DNA from: Octopus vulgaris | Lineage: Eukaryota | NCBI GenBank assembly: GCA_951406725.2 | Contig: OX597817.1 | Location: forward strand, 86,800,001 to 86,864,000 | Direction: 5' to 3' | DNA: 64,000 nucleotides | In this document: piece after piece, positions 44,304-54,330 of the stretch | Numbering within the stretch: position 1 is the first letter of the stretch | Layout of the letters: each line of letters begins with the position of its first letter | Translations under genes and position numbers: made by a program | The notes under the pieces: model-generated | The model's input: the letters and a program-made list of their open reading frames with translations, nothing else | Told to the model about the DNA's origin: nothing | The model's database searches: none

Positions 44304-46840
44304 TAGTTAGTTAGTTAGTTAGTTAGTTAATTTGGCTCAAAAGCAAATAGCAAGGCCATGTAGGGGGACATGGAGTTAAGTACAGGGTGGTGTTCATGTA
44401 AAGAGTTCAGGCCACTTGAGGTCCAGGGAGGCTTTGAACAAAGCGGTCGTCGGCATCTTCACCATCTCGTCTGGCAGCTTGTTCCACGGATCCGCAACCC
44501 GGACGGAGAAAGCTCCTCTCCTTCGATTGAGATGAAATCGTCGCAGGTAGAGCTTTTCGGAATGACCCCGCAGCCGACGCTCTGGAGCAGGAGTGAAGAA
44601 CAGCTCTTTCGAGAGGTTACACTTTTCGCTTATGATGTTGTGGGCGAGAATAAGATCACCACGGCGGCGGCGTTTTTCAAGAGAATAAAGGTCGAGCGTC
44701 CTCAGCCTTTCTTCGTAGGACAAATTTTTGAGACCATGAACCATGCGGGTAGCCAGCTTCTGGACTCTTTCGAGATGCTGTATGTCTTTGAGGAGATAAG
44801 GAGAAGAGGCTTGAATCCCATACTCCAATATGGGTCTCACCAGCGTGACATAGAGTGGTAGGAATATGGCTGCTGTAAGCATTCCGAATGACCGTCGAAT
44901 CAAGAACAGAATTCCGCGTGCTTTGTTGGCAGCATGGACGCACTGGGCCGAAGGCGAAAAGGAGGAATCCACCAAGATACCCAGGTCCTTTACTTGATCG
45001 GTCCTCTCCAGCAGCAGACGACCCGGCTCGAAATCAAGTTGAGTTGCAGGAGTAGAGCCGACAGACAGATGACAGCCCTTTGACACGTTCAGACACAGGT
45101 CCCAATCGTTAGACCACTTCCAAATTTGGTGGAGGCATCGACGAAGATCCTCTATATTACCGCGAGGAGCGACCAGTTTGATATCGTCGGCAAATAGAAG
45201 GGTGTGTTGCGTGAGGTCGTCGGGCAAGTCATTTATGAAGACTAAGAACAACAAGGGCCCAAGCACTGAACCTTGAGGCACGCCACTGCTCGCACTGGAG
45301 ACGTCGGACCGCGAACCATTAACTTGGACTTGGAAGGAGCGATCTGAGAGGAAGGCACCAACCCATCGTACAATATCCGGATGGAAACTATATGCTTGAA
45401 GCTTGACAAGTAATAGGCGGTGGTTTACCGAGTCAAAAGCTTTGGCAAAGTCCAATAAAACGATGTCAACAGCATCACTATCATCGAGGATGCGCGTCAC
45501 CAATTCTTCCATTACTAGTAAGTTGGTCAAGCATGATCTCTTCGGCACGAAGCCGTGTTGGGAATCAGAGATAGAGGCTGTGTTTAGGAGGTGGAGCATC
45601 ATACTTTTCTTAAGGATGGTTTCGAACATCTTGCTGATTATTGATGTAAGGGAAACCGGTCGGTAGTTAAGCGGGTCTTCGCGGCTCCCTTTCTTGAAAA
45701 TTGGGCAGATTATCGCTGTTCTCCAGTCTGCAGGTATAACACCCGTCGCCAATGACATATTGAATAGTCGTGTTAAGGGCTCGCAGATGACCGGAGCCAA
45801 CGCTTTGATAACCCGTGGGTGTATGCCGTCAGGGCCGTGACCCTTGTTGACATCGAGGCCTTGAATAACACGTTTGACTTCGTCCCGCGTGATGAACAAT
45901 CGAAGCATTGGAGGTACCGATCTATCAAATGGAGGGGGTTCACGACCATCATCTTGTTTGAAAATAGTTGAAAAAGCCTCGGCAAATAATTGACTCTGTT
46001 GATAAGGGTCCTCAATCGATATGCCTGTTGAGTCTACCAACGTTGCAATCTGGTTGTTCAAGCGGGAATTCCTCTGGACATGGGCAAAGAAGGTTTTTGG
46101 ATTGCTACTGGCATTTGCCGCGATTTTGTATTCATAACTGAAGCGTTCTTTCTTTTCAATTTTCAAGGCTCGGTCTCGTTGAGTTTTGTACACCTCAAAA
46201 GCTGCAGTCGAATCCAGATTTTTGAATTCAGCCCAAGCAATATCTCTGAGTCGACGTTCTTGTTTAACCTTCTTCGTCACCCAGGGCTTGTGTTTCTTCC
46301 TCTTGGGAAGCCCAACGGGAACTGCCTGGTCAGTCAAACAGATTACATATGCTTTGAGGGATGACCATAGTTCGTCAACTGAGGACAATGTCATCAGGGA
46401 TCGCCAGTCCAGAAGCGCGGAAGCCTCGGTTAGAATTTCAAGATTAATTGCAGAGAAGACTCTACGTGGCAGCGAAGTAGTCGTGGGTGTAGAAAATGTT
46501 GTGTGCATGACGAACTTCAGGACCGCATGATCACTCTTGGCAAGAGGGGCGCACACAGATACGTCTGACACTGATCTTGGATAGCGGGAGAATACCAGAT
46601 CTAGCATAGATGGCTGCTGCCCAGACCGATGCTTTGTCGGATATTCAACATGTTGCGATAGAAAACAATCTTCAGCCACGTCAAGAAGGGCCTGGCCGAA
46701 CCGGGAAGATGTTGTACAAATTGTGGGAGCGTTGAAGTCTCCTAGTACCAAACAGTCATGCGAAGCTGAAACGAATCTTATCGCTTCGAGTAAATGAGCA
46801 TCGTCCTGGGGTCGGCAAGAGGCGGCCTATATAATAATAC
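44304..46840 (-). mobile_element. CR1-clade LINE, 5'-truncated, young
   Basis: (TAAC)n tail at 44304-44330, short 3'UTR, uninterrupted 785-aa ORF; YRPP motif at the truncated 5' end, one base out of frame. Confidence 0.95.
44394..46751 (-). CDS. LINE ORF2: partial APE endonuclease + reverse transcriptase
   Basis: LGDFN, LDLVF, SDH (endonuclease); NYRPVSLTS, QHGF, DFAKAFDSVNH, SGVPQGSVLGPLLF, FADD (RT); RRRGDLI, LRGH, WNKLP (CR1 C-terminus). Confidence 0.95.
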   Translation of the reverse strand: MVLGDFNAPTICTTSSRFGQALLDVAEDCFLSQHVEYPTKHRSGQQPSMLDLVFSRYPRSVSDVSVCAPLAKSDHAVLKFVMHTTFSTPTTTSLPRRVFSAINLEILTEASALLDWRSLMTLSSVDELWSSLKAYVICLTDQAVPVGLPKRKKHKPWVTKKVKQERRLRDIAWAEFKNLDSTAAFEVYKTQRDRALKIEKKERFSYEYKIAANASSNPKTFFAHVQRNSRLNNQIATLVDSTGISIEDPYQQSQLFAEAFSTIFKQDDGREPPPFDRSVPPMLRLFITRDEVKRVIQGLDVNKGHGPDGIHPRVIKALAPVICEPLTRLFNMSLATGVIPADWRTAIICPIFKKGSREDPLNYRPVSLTSIISKMFETILKKSMMLHLLNTASISDSQHGFVPKRSCLTNLLVMEELVTRILDDSDAVDIVLLDFAKAFDSVNHRLLLVKLQAYSFHPDIVRWVGAFLSDRSFQVQVNGSRSDVSSASSGVPQGSVLGPLLFLVFINDLPDDLTQHTLLFADDIKLVAPRGNIEDLRRCLHQIWKWSNDWDLCLNVSKGCHLSVGSTPATQLDFEPGRLLLERTDQVKDLGILVDSSFSPSAQCVHAANKARGILFLIRRSFGMLTAAIFLPLYVTLVRPILEYGIQASSPYLLKDIQHLERVQKLATRMVHGLKNLSYEERLRTLDLYSLEKRRRRGDLILAHNIISEKCNLSKELFFTPAPERRLRGHSEKLYLRRFHLNRRRGAFSVRVADPWNKLPDEMVKMPTTALFKASLDLKWPELFT

Positions 46841-46849
46841 TGGATACCA

Positions 46850-47274
46850 CGATTTCTTATTTGTTTACTCACAGAAAGTATGAAACATGGCTAATATTTC
46901 CTTCAAAATTTGCTTTTCTTACATTTATTCAAACCCCAAAGAAACCTCCTCAACTCATGTCTATGATGCTCCCCCACTATTCCTGCTGACGATCGGAGAT
47001 GCACGCATTGTCAGTCAGCCACAAAGAGACATGCTCAAGTGGTTAAGTAAACATCTGACAACCAAATCTGTGATATTGAGCAAAACATTTGCTATAACGA
47101 AATTCCTGCTTCAGCAAGTCTGCGCTGAACTTGTCTGTTGTGTAATGGAAAATAGGTCAGTTTCATAACATTGATGCCCAGGTCACAAAAGTAAGTTTGA
47201 AGAGAAACAAGTAGGAAATAAGACTCACAGACCAAAGATAAAATAAAATAAAATAAAAAATTTGTTACTCGGTG
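46850..47274 (+). mobile_element. Non-autonomous DNA transposon, CAC...GTG family, copy 3 (left end missing)
   Basis: atggctaatatttccttcaaa.tttgctttt is shared with copies 1 and 2; ends GTTACTCGGTG. Confidence 0.7.
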
Positions 47275-47679
47275 AGTTTTACTGTTTAATCAACGAGAAA
47301 CAGAGAGACAAGAAGAAAGTATTAAAGTATGTTAAGAGTTACAAAGTACAGTTAACCATCGGTTGATCTGAACCCTCCTAATCATTAGGCCACGCGATTT
47401 ACATGCAATCCTGATCGTTACGCTTGTTCTTATTCTTTTGTGATGGCTAATTTTTTTCGCATTGTTGTTGCTGTACTTTAACACTGAGTCATCCCTGTTA
47501 ATACAGGTCTATGATCAAACATTTTCTATTAGTAACAATACTATCTTTTTACAATCATTGCGTATATAGGACTACACTATTCAATGCATCCGCTTTGTCT
47601 GAAGATAGTAATGTAAGATTCAAATACTTATCACCATCCTTCTATTTTTCAATTTTACTGAAGTGTAATAATAATTCAT

Positions 47680-47980
47680 CATGAAACAAGCCATTATTTT
47701 GAAGCCAGTACATGTATAACCTATATATCTCAGAACTGAACTCTGGCGAACATTTCATTTGATCATCCAGTTTCCTAACATAGAATAATAGACACTGCCA
47801 ATGCATTTTAAAAGTTATTAATAATAAGAAACCAATTTAAAAGAGATTTTCAATGATCACGGAATACGGAAGGTAGTGGTTAGTAATGGCAAATCTAAGA
47901 ATTACTCTCAAATACTATCCAAATCTGTTGGAAAACGATACAAATCCCTACGAAGCCATTGCTATTCCTAATATCCTTAA
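47680..47980 (+). mobile_element. Possible highly decayed Gypsy integrase remnant
   Basis: LKEIFNDHGIRKVVVSNG resembles LKxIFARHGIPEVVVSDNG. Confidence 0.35.
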
Positions 47981-48197
47981 ATATAGTAGTATTATCAACT
48001 CCTTCAAGCGGCTATGAAACGCGATTCAAATTTTCATTTTGTATTTGTTTTTCTTAGCTTTTCGATCTGGAATCAGAATTCTAAATAGGTAAAAACAGAT
48101 TTTGAAATGCAGAAACCTTTTAAAACATTCTAAAATAAAAAAAAAAAGTTGGGTTGAGTTGATTCTTGTATTGAAATTCGAACTCACATTGAACTTA

Positions 48198-48357
48198 ATA
48201 ATAATAACATCGAAGAATACCTTAGGAATGAGAAATCAGGTTCGAAATTTCCCCAAGACACCTGAAGAAGGCTGGAGGGGATATCAGCCGAAACGTTGTG
48301 TTAACAACAAACGAGATGAGGACAAATATCCGTCAAATGTAAATAATGTAAATAAAG
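48198..48357 (+). mobile_element. 160-bp Penelope-terminus/retrozyme-like insertion with 14-bp target-site duplication
   Basis: TCACATTGAACTTA at 48184-48197 and 48358-48371; contains a hammerhead. Confidence 0.8.
48257..48302 (+). ncRNA. Minimal type I hammerhead ribozyme (canonical core)
   Basis: GACAC-CTGAAGA-a-GGCTGG-aggggata-TCAGCC-GAAA-CG-TT-GTGTT; stems I and II pair; stem III is the palindrome AACGTT. Confidence 0.75.
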
Positions 48358-49466
48358 TCACATTGAACTTATTTTAATTTCTATTTGTTTTTAGTTTTAA
48401 AGATTCGTTTATGAAATTTCATATGAATAAATGAAATTCTTTATTTCTTATTCTATATTCCCTATTTGATTTCAGTTAAGAATATATCATAATACTACCA
48501 TTAGTATATTTAAAGCAAAATCCCCATACATACATATACACACACATGCAAGTGCGCGCGTGTATACGTATTCGTTGTAACGCGTGCTTCTCGATCCCTG
48601 TATTTACTTAATCCATTCCTCAACAACAAGCAAATTGGAAAATCGAATACGTTTTAAAATATATTTAATCCTTCTATACCATTCTGCCAGTTGTTCACTA
48701 TCTGCTTGAAGATACGGCAAAAGAAAATCAACCATGAATACTATTCTCGTTTCTCAAAGGTATTAAATGGACTATACTTACTATATTTATCAACCTTTTC
48801 AAACTGATCAAATATCTTTGAGCTGCATACACTGACGTTTACCTAAAAGCCTAAGATCACTCAAACATATTTTCAAAGTAGTTTAAAGCCAAAGGTTTAG
48901 CGTTATCTGATATTTCTAGCATTTTTATGAGCAGGCTTCTTTCAGCTGTCGTAACAATTGTTGTTGTTGTTGTTGTTGTTGTTATTGTAGTAGTAAACTA
49001 TTTTATGGAATATTGATAGACGAAATATTATATATAGCGTGTGATAGCCTCGAGATATAACTTAGTAGAGTATTGTATTCTTGTAGTGTAGTGTTTGGAA
49101 TGGTTCCAGTATTTGCATGCTTCAAGTGAATGTCAATTTATGCCTCAAGGTCTCTCGATATTCTATTTCGATACTCCACATTAAGTATTTGAACTATTCC
49201 TTTCGAAACAGCTTGTTTTTTTTCCACTAGGACACTATGGACTACTTGTTGGTTTTATTACTGCAGTTGTTCATGCCATGAATTCACTTGATCGTTGCAT
49301 TCAGAAGTATTGATTCAACCGTTATAATATATTACATTGTTATCTACAGAAACTGGTGAATTTAATGGAAGACCTTACTATTAGTACGTGTGTGTTTGCA
49401 TGAATGTCTAAATATAATACGTATGTACATAAATAAATGAACGTATACACATACACATACATAAGT

Positions 49467-49578
<112 letters not shown>

Positions 49579-50089
49579 TGCGTACATATATATATATATG
49601 TATATACATACATATATATATATATATACATACACACACACACTCTCTCTCACACACATATATGTAAACTACTGGTGCGTTAATAGTGTTTTGGTCGAAT
49701 GCTATATTTTGCTAGACACCATGTAAACACTTAGTCTTTATATACAATATCATCATTTAAATACAGGGTTGGTTAATACGTATCAGTACAGCTTTGAGAT
49801 AAAACACAGTTAATGCACGAGCAACTTATTAATGAAACTTTCTGCTGCTAAGAAAAAAAGAAAGAAACAAAACAATGATTTATGAATCGGTCTGTTCTAC
49901 TAAGGGCGTTAGTAATACTGGATGTATAAAAGTATGTTTCTGTAGGCAAATAATAAGGGTAATAAGTTGTTTCAGAAATACCAACACTTCGTTCAAATTT
50001 TCTCTCACAGGATAAATACAAAATGTTTGCATGTTTCTATTACATACAGTATTTGAGAAAATCTAGAGTAATGTTCTGTAGTACAGCAT

Positions 50090-50760
50090 CATTTGGTTGA
50101 ACTTCTTCGGATTTTCTCGACTCGATCACTCCATTCGTCCCGATACTGCATAGCATTCAAGAGATCGGCAAGGTTATATCCTGTGTTCATACACAGCTGG
50201 TTGAAGAAGGTCTTTGCTGGACGGTCTGTGCTGTATACAAATATGCATCACTAACGAGTTCCTGATTAGCTCCTCAACAGTGTCATACAGAACATATGCA
50301 CCTTTTTCTAATGACATTAATATTTGGAAAAAGTGAGGCGGTGAGATGGCAGAATCGTTAGCACGCCGGGCGAAATGTGCTTAGTAGTATTTCTTCTGTC
50401 TTTACGTTCTGAGTTCAAATTTCGCTTAGGTCGACTTTGCCTTTCATCTTTTCGGGGTCGATAAAATAAGTACTAGTTTGAGCACTGGGGTCAATGTAAT
50501 CGACATACCTCCTCCCCGAAATTGCTCACCTTGTGCCAAGATTTGAAATCAATGGTTGGAGAAAGTTGACTACTTTACATTTGTTGCACGGCTACTTTTT
50601 CATGAGATATTCAATATGTCACATAAAATGTAGATGTAAGCATCATCAAGCCCTGCCTCCAAGTGTTTGGTAGGCGTTCAAGTATTAGACCCATTGACCA
50701 TGATTCCTAATTTAGATGGAAGAAACTTCTTTTAAGATCATCAAGAAGTGAACTTTCAGT
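50090..50760 (-). mobile_element. Decayed RTE/RTEX LINE 3' fragment, interrupted by a SINE
   Basis: NGSNT*T.TKHLEAGLDDAY..IL..ILNIS*K and RPAKTFFNQLCMNTGYNLADLLNAMQYRDEW..RV. Confidence 0.7.
50336..50552 (+). mobile_element. tRNA-derived SINE family B
   Basis: ggcggtgagatggcagaatcgttagcacgccgggcgaaatg...gagttcaaatt...ggtcgactttgcctttcatc; further copies at 58125, 58865, 59870(-), 60630(-). Confidence 0.85.
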
Positions 50761-50789
50761 GACAGCTTGGCACCTGTGACGTCTCAACT

Positions 50790-50915
50790 CATTTCTACAG
50801 CTGCGTGAACTGGAGCAACGTGAAATAAAGTGTCTTGTTCAAGAACACAACACGCAGCTCGGTCCGGGATTCGAACTCACAACCTCATGATCGTAAGCTC
50901 GACGCTCTAACCACT
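50790..50915 (-). mobile_element. tRNA-derived SINE family C (5' part)
   Basis: Minus strand agtggttagagcgtcgagcttacgatc...gagttcgaatcccgg...gttgtgttcttgaacaagacact; homologue at 61236-61350. Confidence 0.75.
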
Positions 50916-51108
50916 ACTATTACTACTGCTACCACCGCCACCACAAGAAATAAAGGTGATGGCGACCATTTGAACATTGACTCGCTTGAAATGTAAAAAT
51001 TTCTGGAATGGTAACAATAGAATTCAATGTAAACAGTAATGTTCTTTACTACATTCCCAAATATAGGCAAACAAGTATTCCTTTAGGTGCGGTCAAAGTA
51101 AAGAATCC

Positions 51109-51238
51109 TTGGCGTGTCCACCGAACCGTGACGGCTAAGCCACATACTGATTGGTCGAAATACAGTTAGAATTTAGTTGGCGCGCTCACCAAACCGCGAC
51201 ATCTAAGCAACATTCTGATTGGTCAAAATACAGTTCGT
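51109..51238. repeat. Two ~68-bp tandem copies containing CTGATTGGTC
   Basis: ttggcgtgtccaccgaaccgtgacggctaagccacatactgattggtcgaaatacagtt x2, diverged. Confidence 0.8.
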
Positions 51239-51447
51239 AAAATTCAGCCTGCTTGGGTCCATCAAAAAGTATTTGTAGGATAAATCTAACCATTTCAGTA
51301 CAGTTTTCAACAGTGGAACATGACTGTCATAAACCTGACGAACCCATATCGTAAAATTGTAAAAATAGCAAATAATAAAACGTGAAAATCAGACTAAGAT
51401 GGAATTTTATTGATATATTCTTCTATTCACAATCATACAAACTCGGA

Positions 51448-51534
<87 letters not shown>

Positions 51535-52490
51535 AACAAAGTAATTTGAGGGTTACCGCACGAGTAAACATATATGGGAAAGAGTCTGAAAATGCAAGAG
51601 TCTTATGAAAGTATTTATTAACTTAACCAGTTTCACTTATTTTCAAAGATTTTCGATAGTAAAGTGTGAGGTTTTGTGTATTCTCTGTCGTGTCCAAAGT
51701 TAGTTTACAAAAATGTATTCAATTTAAGTGAATTGTCTTTGACAATGATAAGAAAAGTTTTGAGGCTTTGCGTATCCTCTGTGATGAGTCATAAAATAGC
51801 TTACATAAAAACATTCAGATCAGGTAATAAAATTGTTTTATATAATGATAGGAAGAAAAAAATAGTTTACAAGACTATATATATCCCAATCAAGTAATTG
51901 TGTTTTTGACAAGGAGATAAAATGTGTGTATCCTCTGTGATGAGTCAAGAAATAGTTTACATAAAAACATTCAGATCAGGTAATAAAACTTTTTATAATG
52001 ATAAGAATATCAAAATTAGTTTTCATGAATATATCCCGATCATGTGATAGAGTCTTTGACAAGAAGATAAAATATGTAACAGACCATTTAAAGTTCTCGG
52101 ATTTGGCTTCTAAGGGTCTTGCATTTGGTTTCTAAAATTCTTGCATCTGGCTTTTAAGGGTCTTGCATCAAAGACTCTATTACTTGATCGGGTTATATTC
52201 ATGTAAACTAATTTTGATCTTAGCATTATAAAAAGAATATTCCCTGATCTGAATGTAAACTGTTTTATGACTCATCACAGTCATATGTGACTCATCGCAA
52301 AACTTTTCTTATCATTGTCAAAGACTCTATCACTTGATTCGAATACATTCTTGTAAACTAATTTTTGACACCATAAAGGATACACAAGACCTGACACTTT
52401 ACTTTTGAAGATCTTTGTAATTAAGTGAAACCGGTTAAGTTAATAAATACTTTTAAAAGACTCCTGCATTTTTAGATTCTTTTCCTTATA
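51535..52490. mobile_element. Large inverted-repeat element between microsatellites, probable Penelope-like inverted terminus
   Basis: Arms ~51572-52060 vs ~52168-52490; ~155-bp internal tandem duplication; 22-bp repeats in the spacer; hammerhead-like actt-TTGAAGA-..-GAAACCGGTT-aagt at 52401-52440. Confidence 0.7.
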
Positions 52491-52528
52491 CACACACATA
52501 CACACACACACATATGCATATATATATG

Positions 52529-52613
<85 letters not shown>

Positions 52614-52705
52614 GATATAGATAGAGAGAGAGATAGAGAGAAAGTAAAAGAATGTTTAGAGTGTTTAATCATAAAAAGAAGTAAGAACTTACTGTATTAA
52701 CTAAC

Positions 52706-52748
52706 TAGCTATCTGTTTCGATCGCTTTAAGACGATCTAGTCATGCTG
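52706..52748 (-). ncRNA. Minimal hammerhead-like motif, A3-U8 core variant
   Basis: Minus strand AGC-ATGACTA-GATCG-tcttaaag-CGATC-GAAA-caga-TA-GCT; perfect 5-bp stem II, weak 3-bp stem I. Confidence 0.5.
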
Positions 52749-52957
52749 AAATAAAAGGGGATATAATTTGAATAAAATAAAATAAAAATAATCTTACGTT
52801 ATATCACTTCTGGAAGTTCACGTTTTTCTTATAAAGATCACATGATGCTGTATTTCATTTCCTTCTGATTTTTTTCTAGTTGGTAGTGGATGTCTGTGGT
52901 GGTCCGGCTTGTGAAAGTGACAGCATGTTGGGCTGTTAGTAGTAGTAGTAGTAGTAG

Positions 52958-53024
<67 letters not shown>

Positions 53025-53059
53025 TTATTTATTTATCTATTTATCTATCTGTCTGTGTG

Positions 53060-53179
<120 letters not shown>

Positions 53180-53827
53180 TGTGTGTATGTGTTATAGTTG
53201 TTGATGTATACGGAGATGCTACATTTTCTCTGCGGGTTTTCTCGTTGTATTCCTGTATATCATTTGTTTATATAACGTACGCCACTTTTCTATTGTAAAG
53301 CAGCAAATGTTTGATCTTATAATTATTGCTGACTGATCGGTCTTGTTGGAGTAATGAAGGGAAAGAGCGAATTTTATACCAAAGGGTTTCCCAAAGCATA
53401 GTTGCAGATATATTGGAAAAGTTGTGCGTCAGTTGAAAGCATTATTTGAAATTTCTTTTAGTCTTGCAATATTTCCTCCTGTTGACAAAATATTGTTTGC
53501 TTCAGTCAAGTATGGGGATTAAATCAATGGCAATCTCCGGATTTTTAAGATTACTTTTACCAGAGCAGTGTTTCAATTCTGATTACTCTTTTAGAATGTG
53601 ATATAGAAAATCAAAGATAGACGTGTGGGCGAATTTGGTTTTTGAAGTAATGTGAATTTAACCGGGCCTGTTCTATCCAGCTGGTATCTCTTAATGAGCA
53701 GTGAATTCTGAATATTGCTTTCAAGTAAAATAAACCGTGGCATTCGATTATTGCGATAGAACAATCATAAATACGCTTTATACGAAAACACGAAAAATTA
53801 ACACACTAAAATGCATAATTACGTATA

Positions 53828-54330
53828 CTGGATGTTCGGGCTAAATTTGACAGTTTGCATAAAAGGGAAAGAAAACACAATGTCTCATCTAAAATAAAAG
53901 TGATTTTAAAAAATCAAAAAAATATTAACTTGATTATGGCTGGGATATAACAGTTTACTCAAAGTAACTGCCAGATTCCACCACAGCCTCAAGACAGCTC
54001 CGGAGCTTGGCGCATATGTTTCTCAATGTGTCCTTGGGAAGATCTTGGAAATATCTCCTTAATCTTGACCAGCAGCTCAGCCTTGGTGATGTAGGCAGAA
54101 CGGTTGGGGTATTTCTCAATCGGGGAAATTAAGTAGCTAGAAATGCAGGCTTGTGAAGCCGTTAAAATTCTCTGACAACCATTTCTGACTCTTTCTGGAG
54201 GTATTGTATGGAGCCGAATCCTGCTTCCACACAAATGACCTTCCATTAGCAACCCTCTCTAGCCAGGTTTTAGCACAGTCTCCAGCAGCTTCATATAGCT
54301 GTCTGAATTGAGCCAAAGGTCCTGTTAAAA
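53828..54330 (-). mobile_element. Tc1/mariner (DD37D/maT-like) transposon 3' fragment
   Basis: WLERVANGRSFVWKQDSAPYNTSRKSQKWLSENF...TKAELLVKIKEIF...LEAVVESGSYFE*; TA at the terminus. Confidence 0.8.

Noticed and set aside
44370-46530. Plus-strand ORFs overlapping the LINE (163, 87, 94, 114 aa)
   Set aside because: Antisense shadows of a GC-rich RT ORF with no recognisable motifs.
51109-52170. CRISPR-like repeat-spacer array
   Set aside because: Only 2-3 diverged tandem copies without unique spacers; eukaryotic context and no cas genes.
53200-53760. Possible decayed Penelope ORF on the minus strand
   Set aside because: Only faint motif resemblance (PYLTE) through many stops; not supportable without a profile search.
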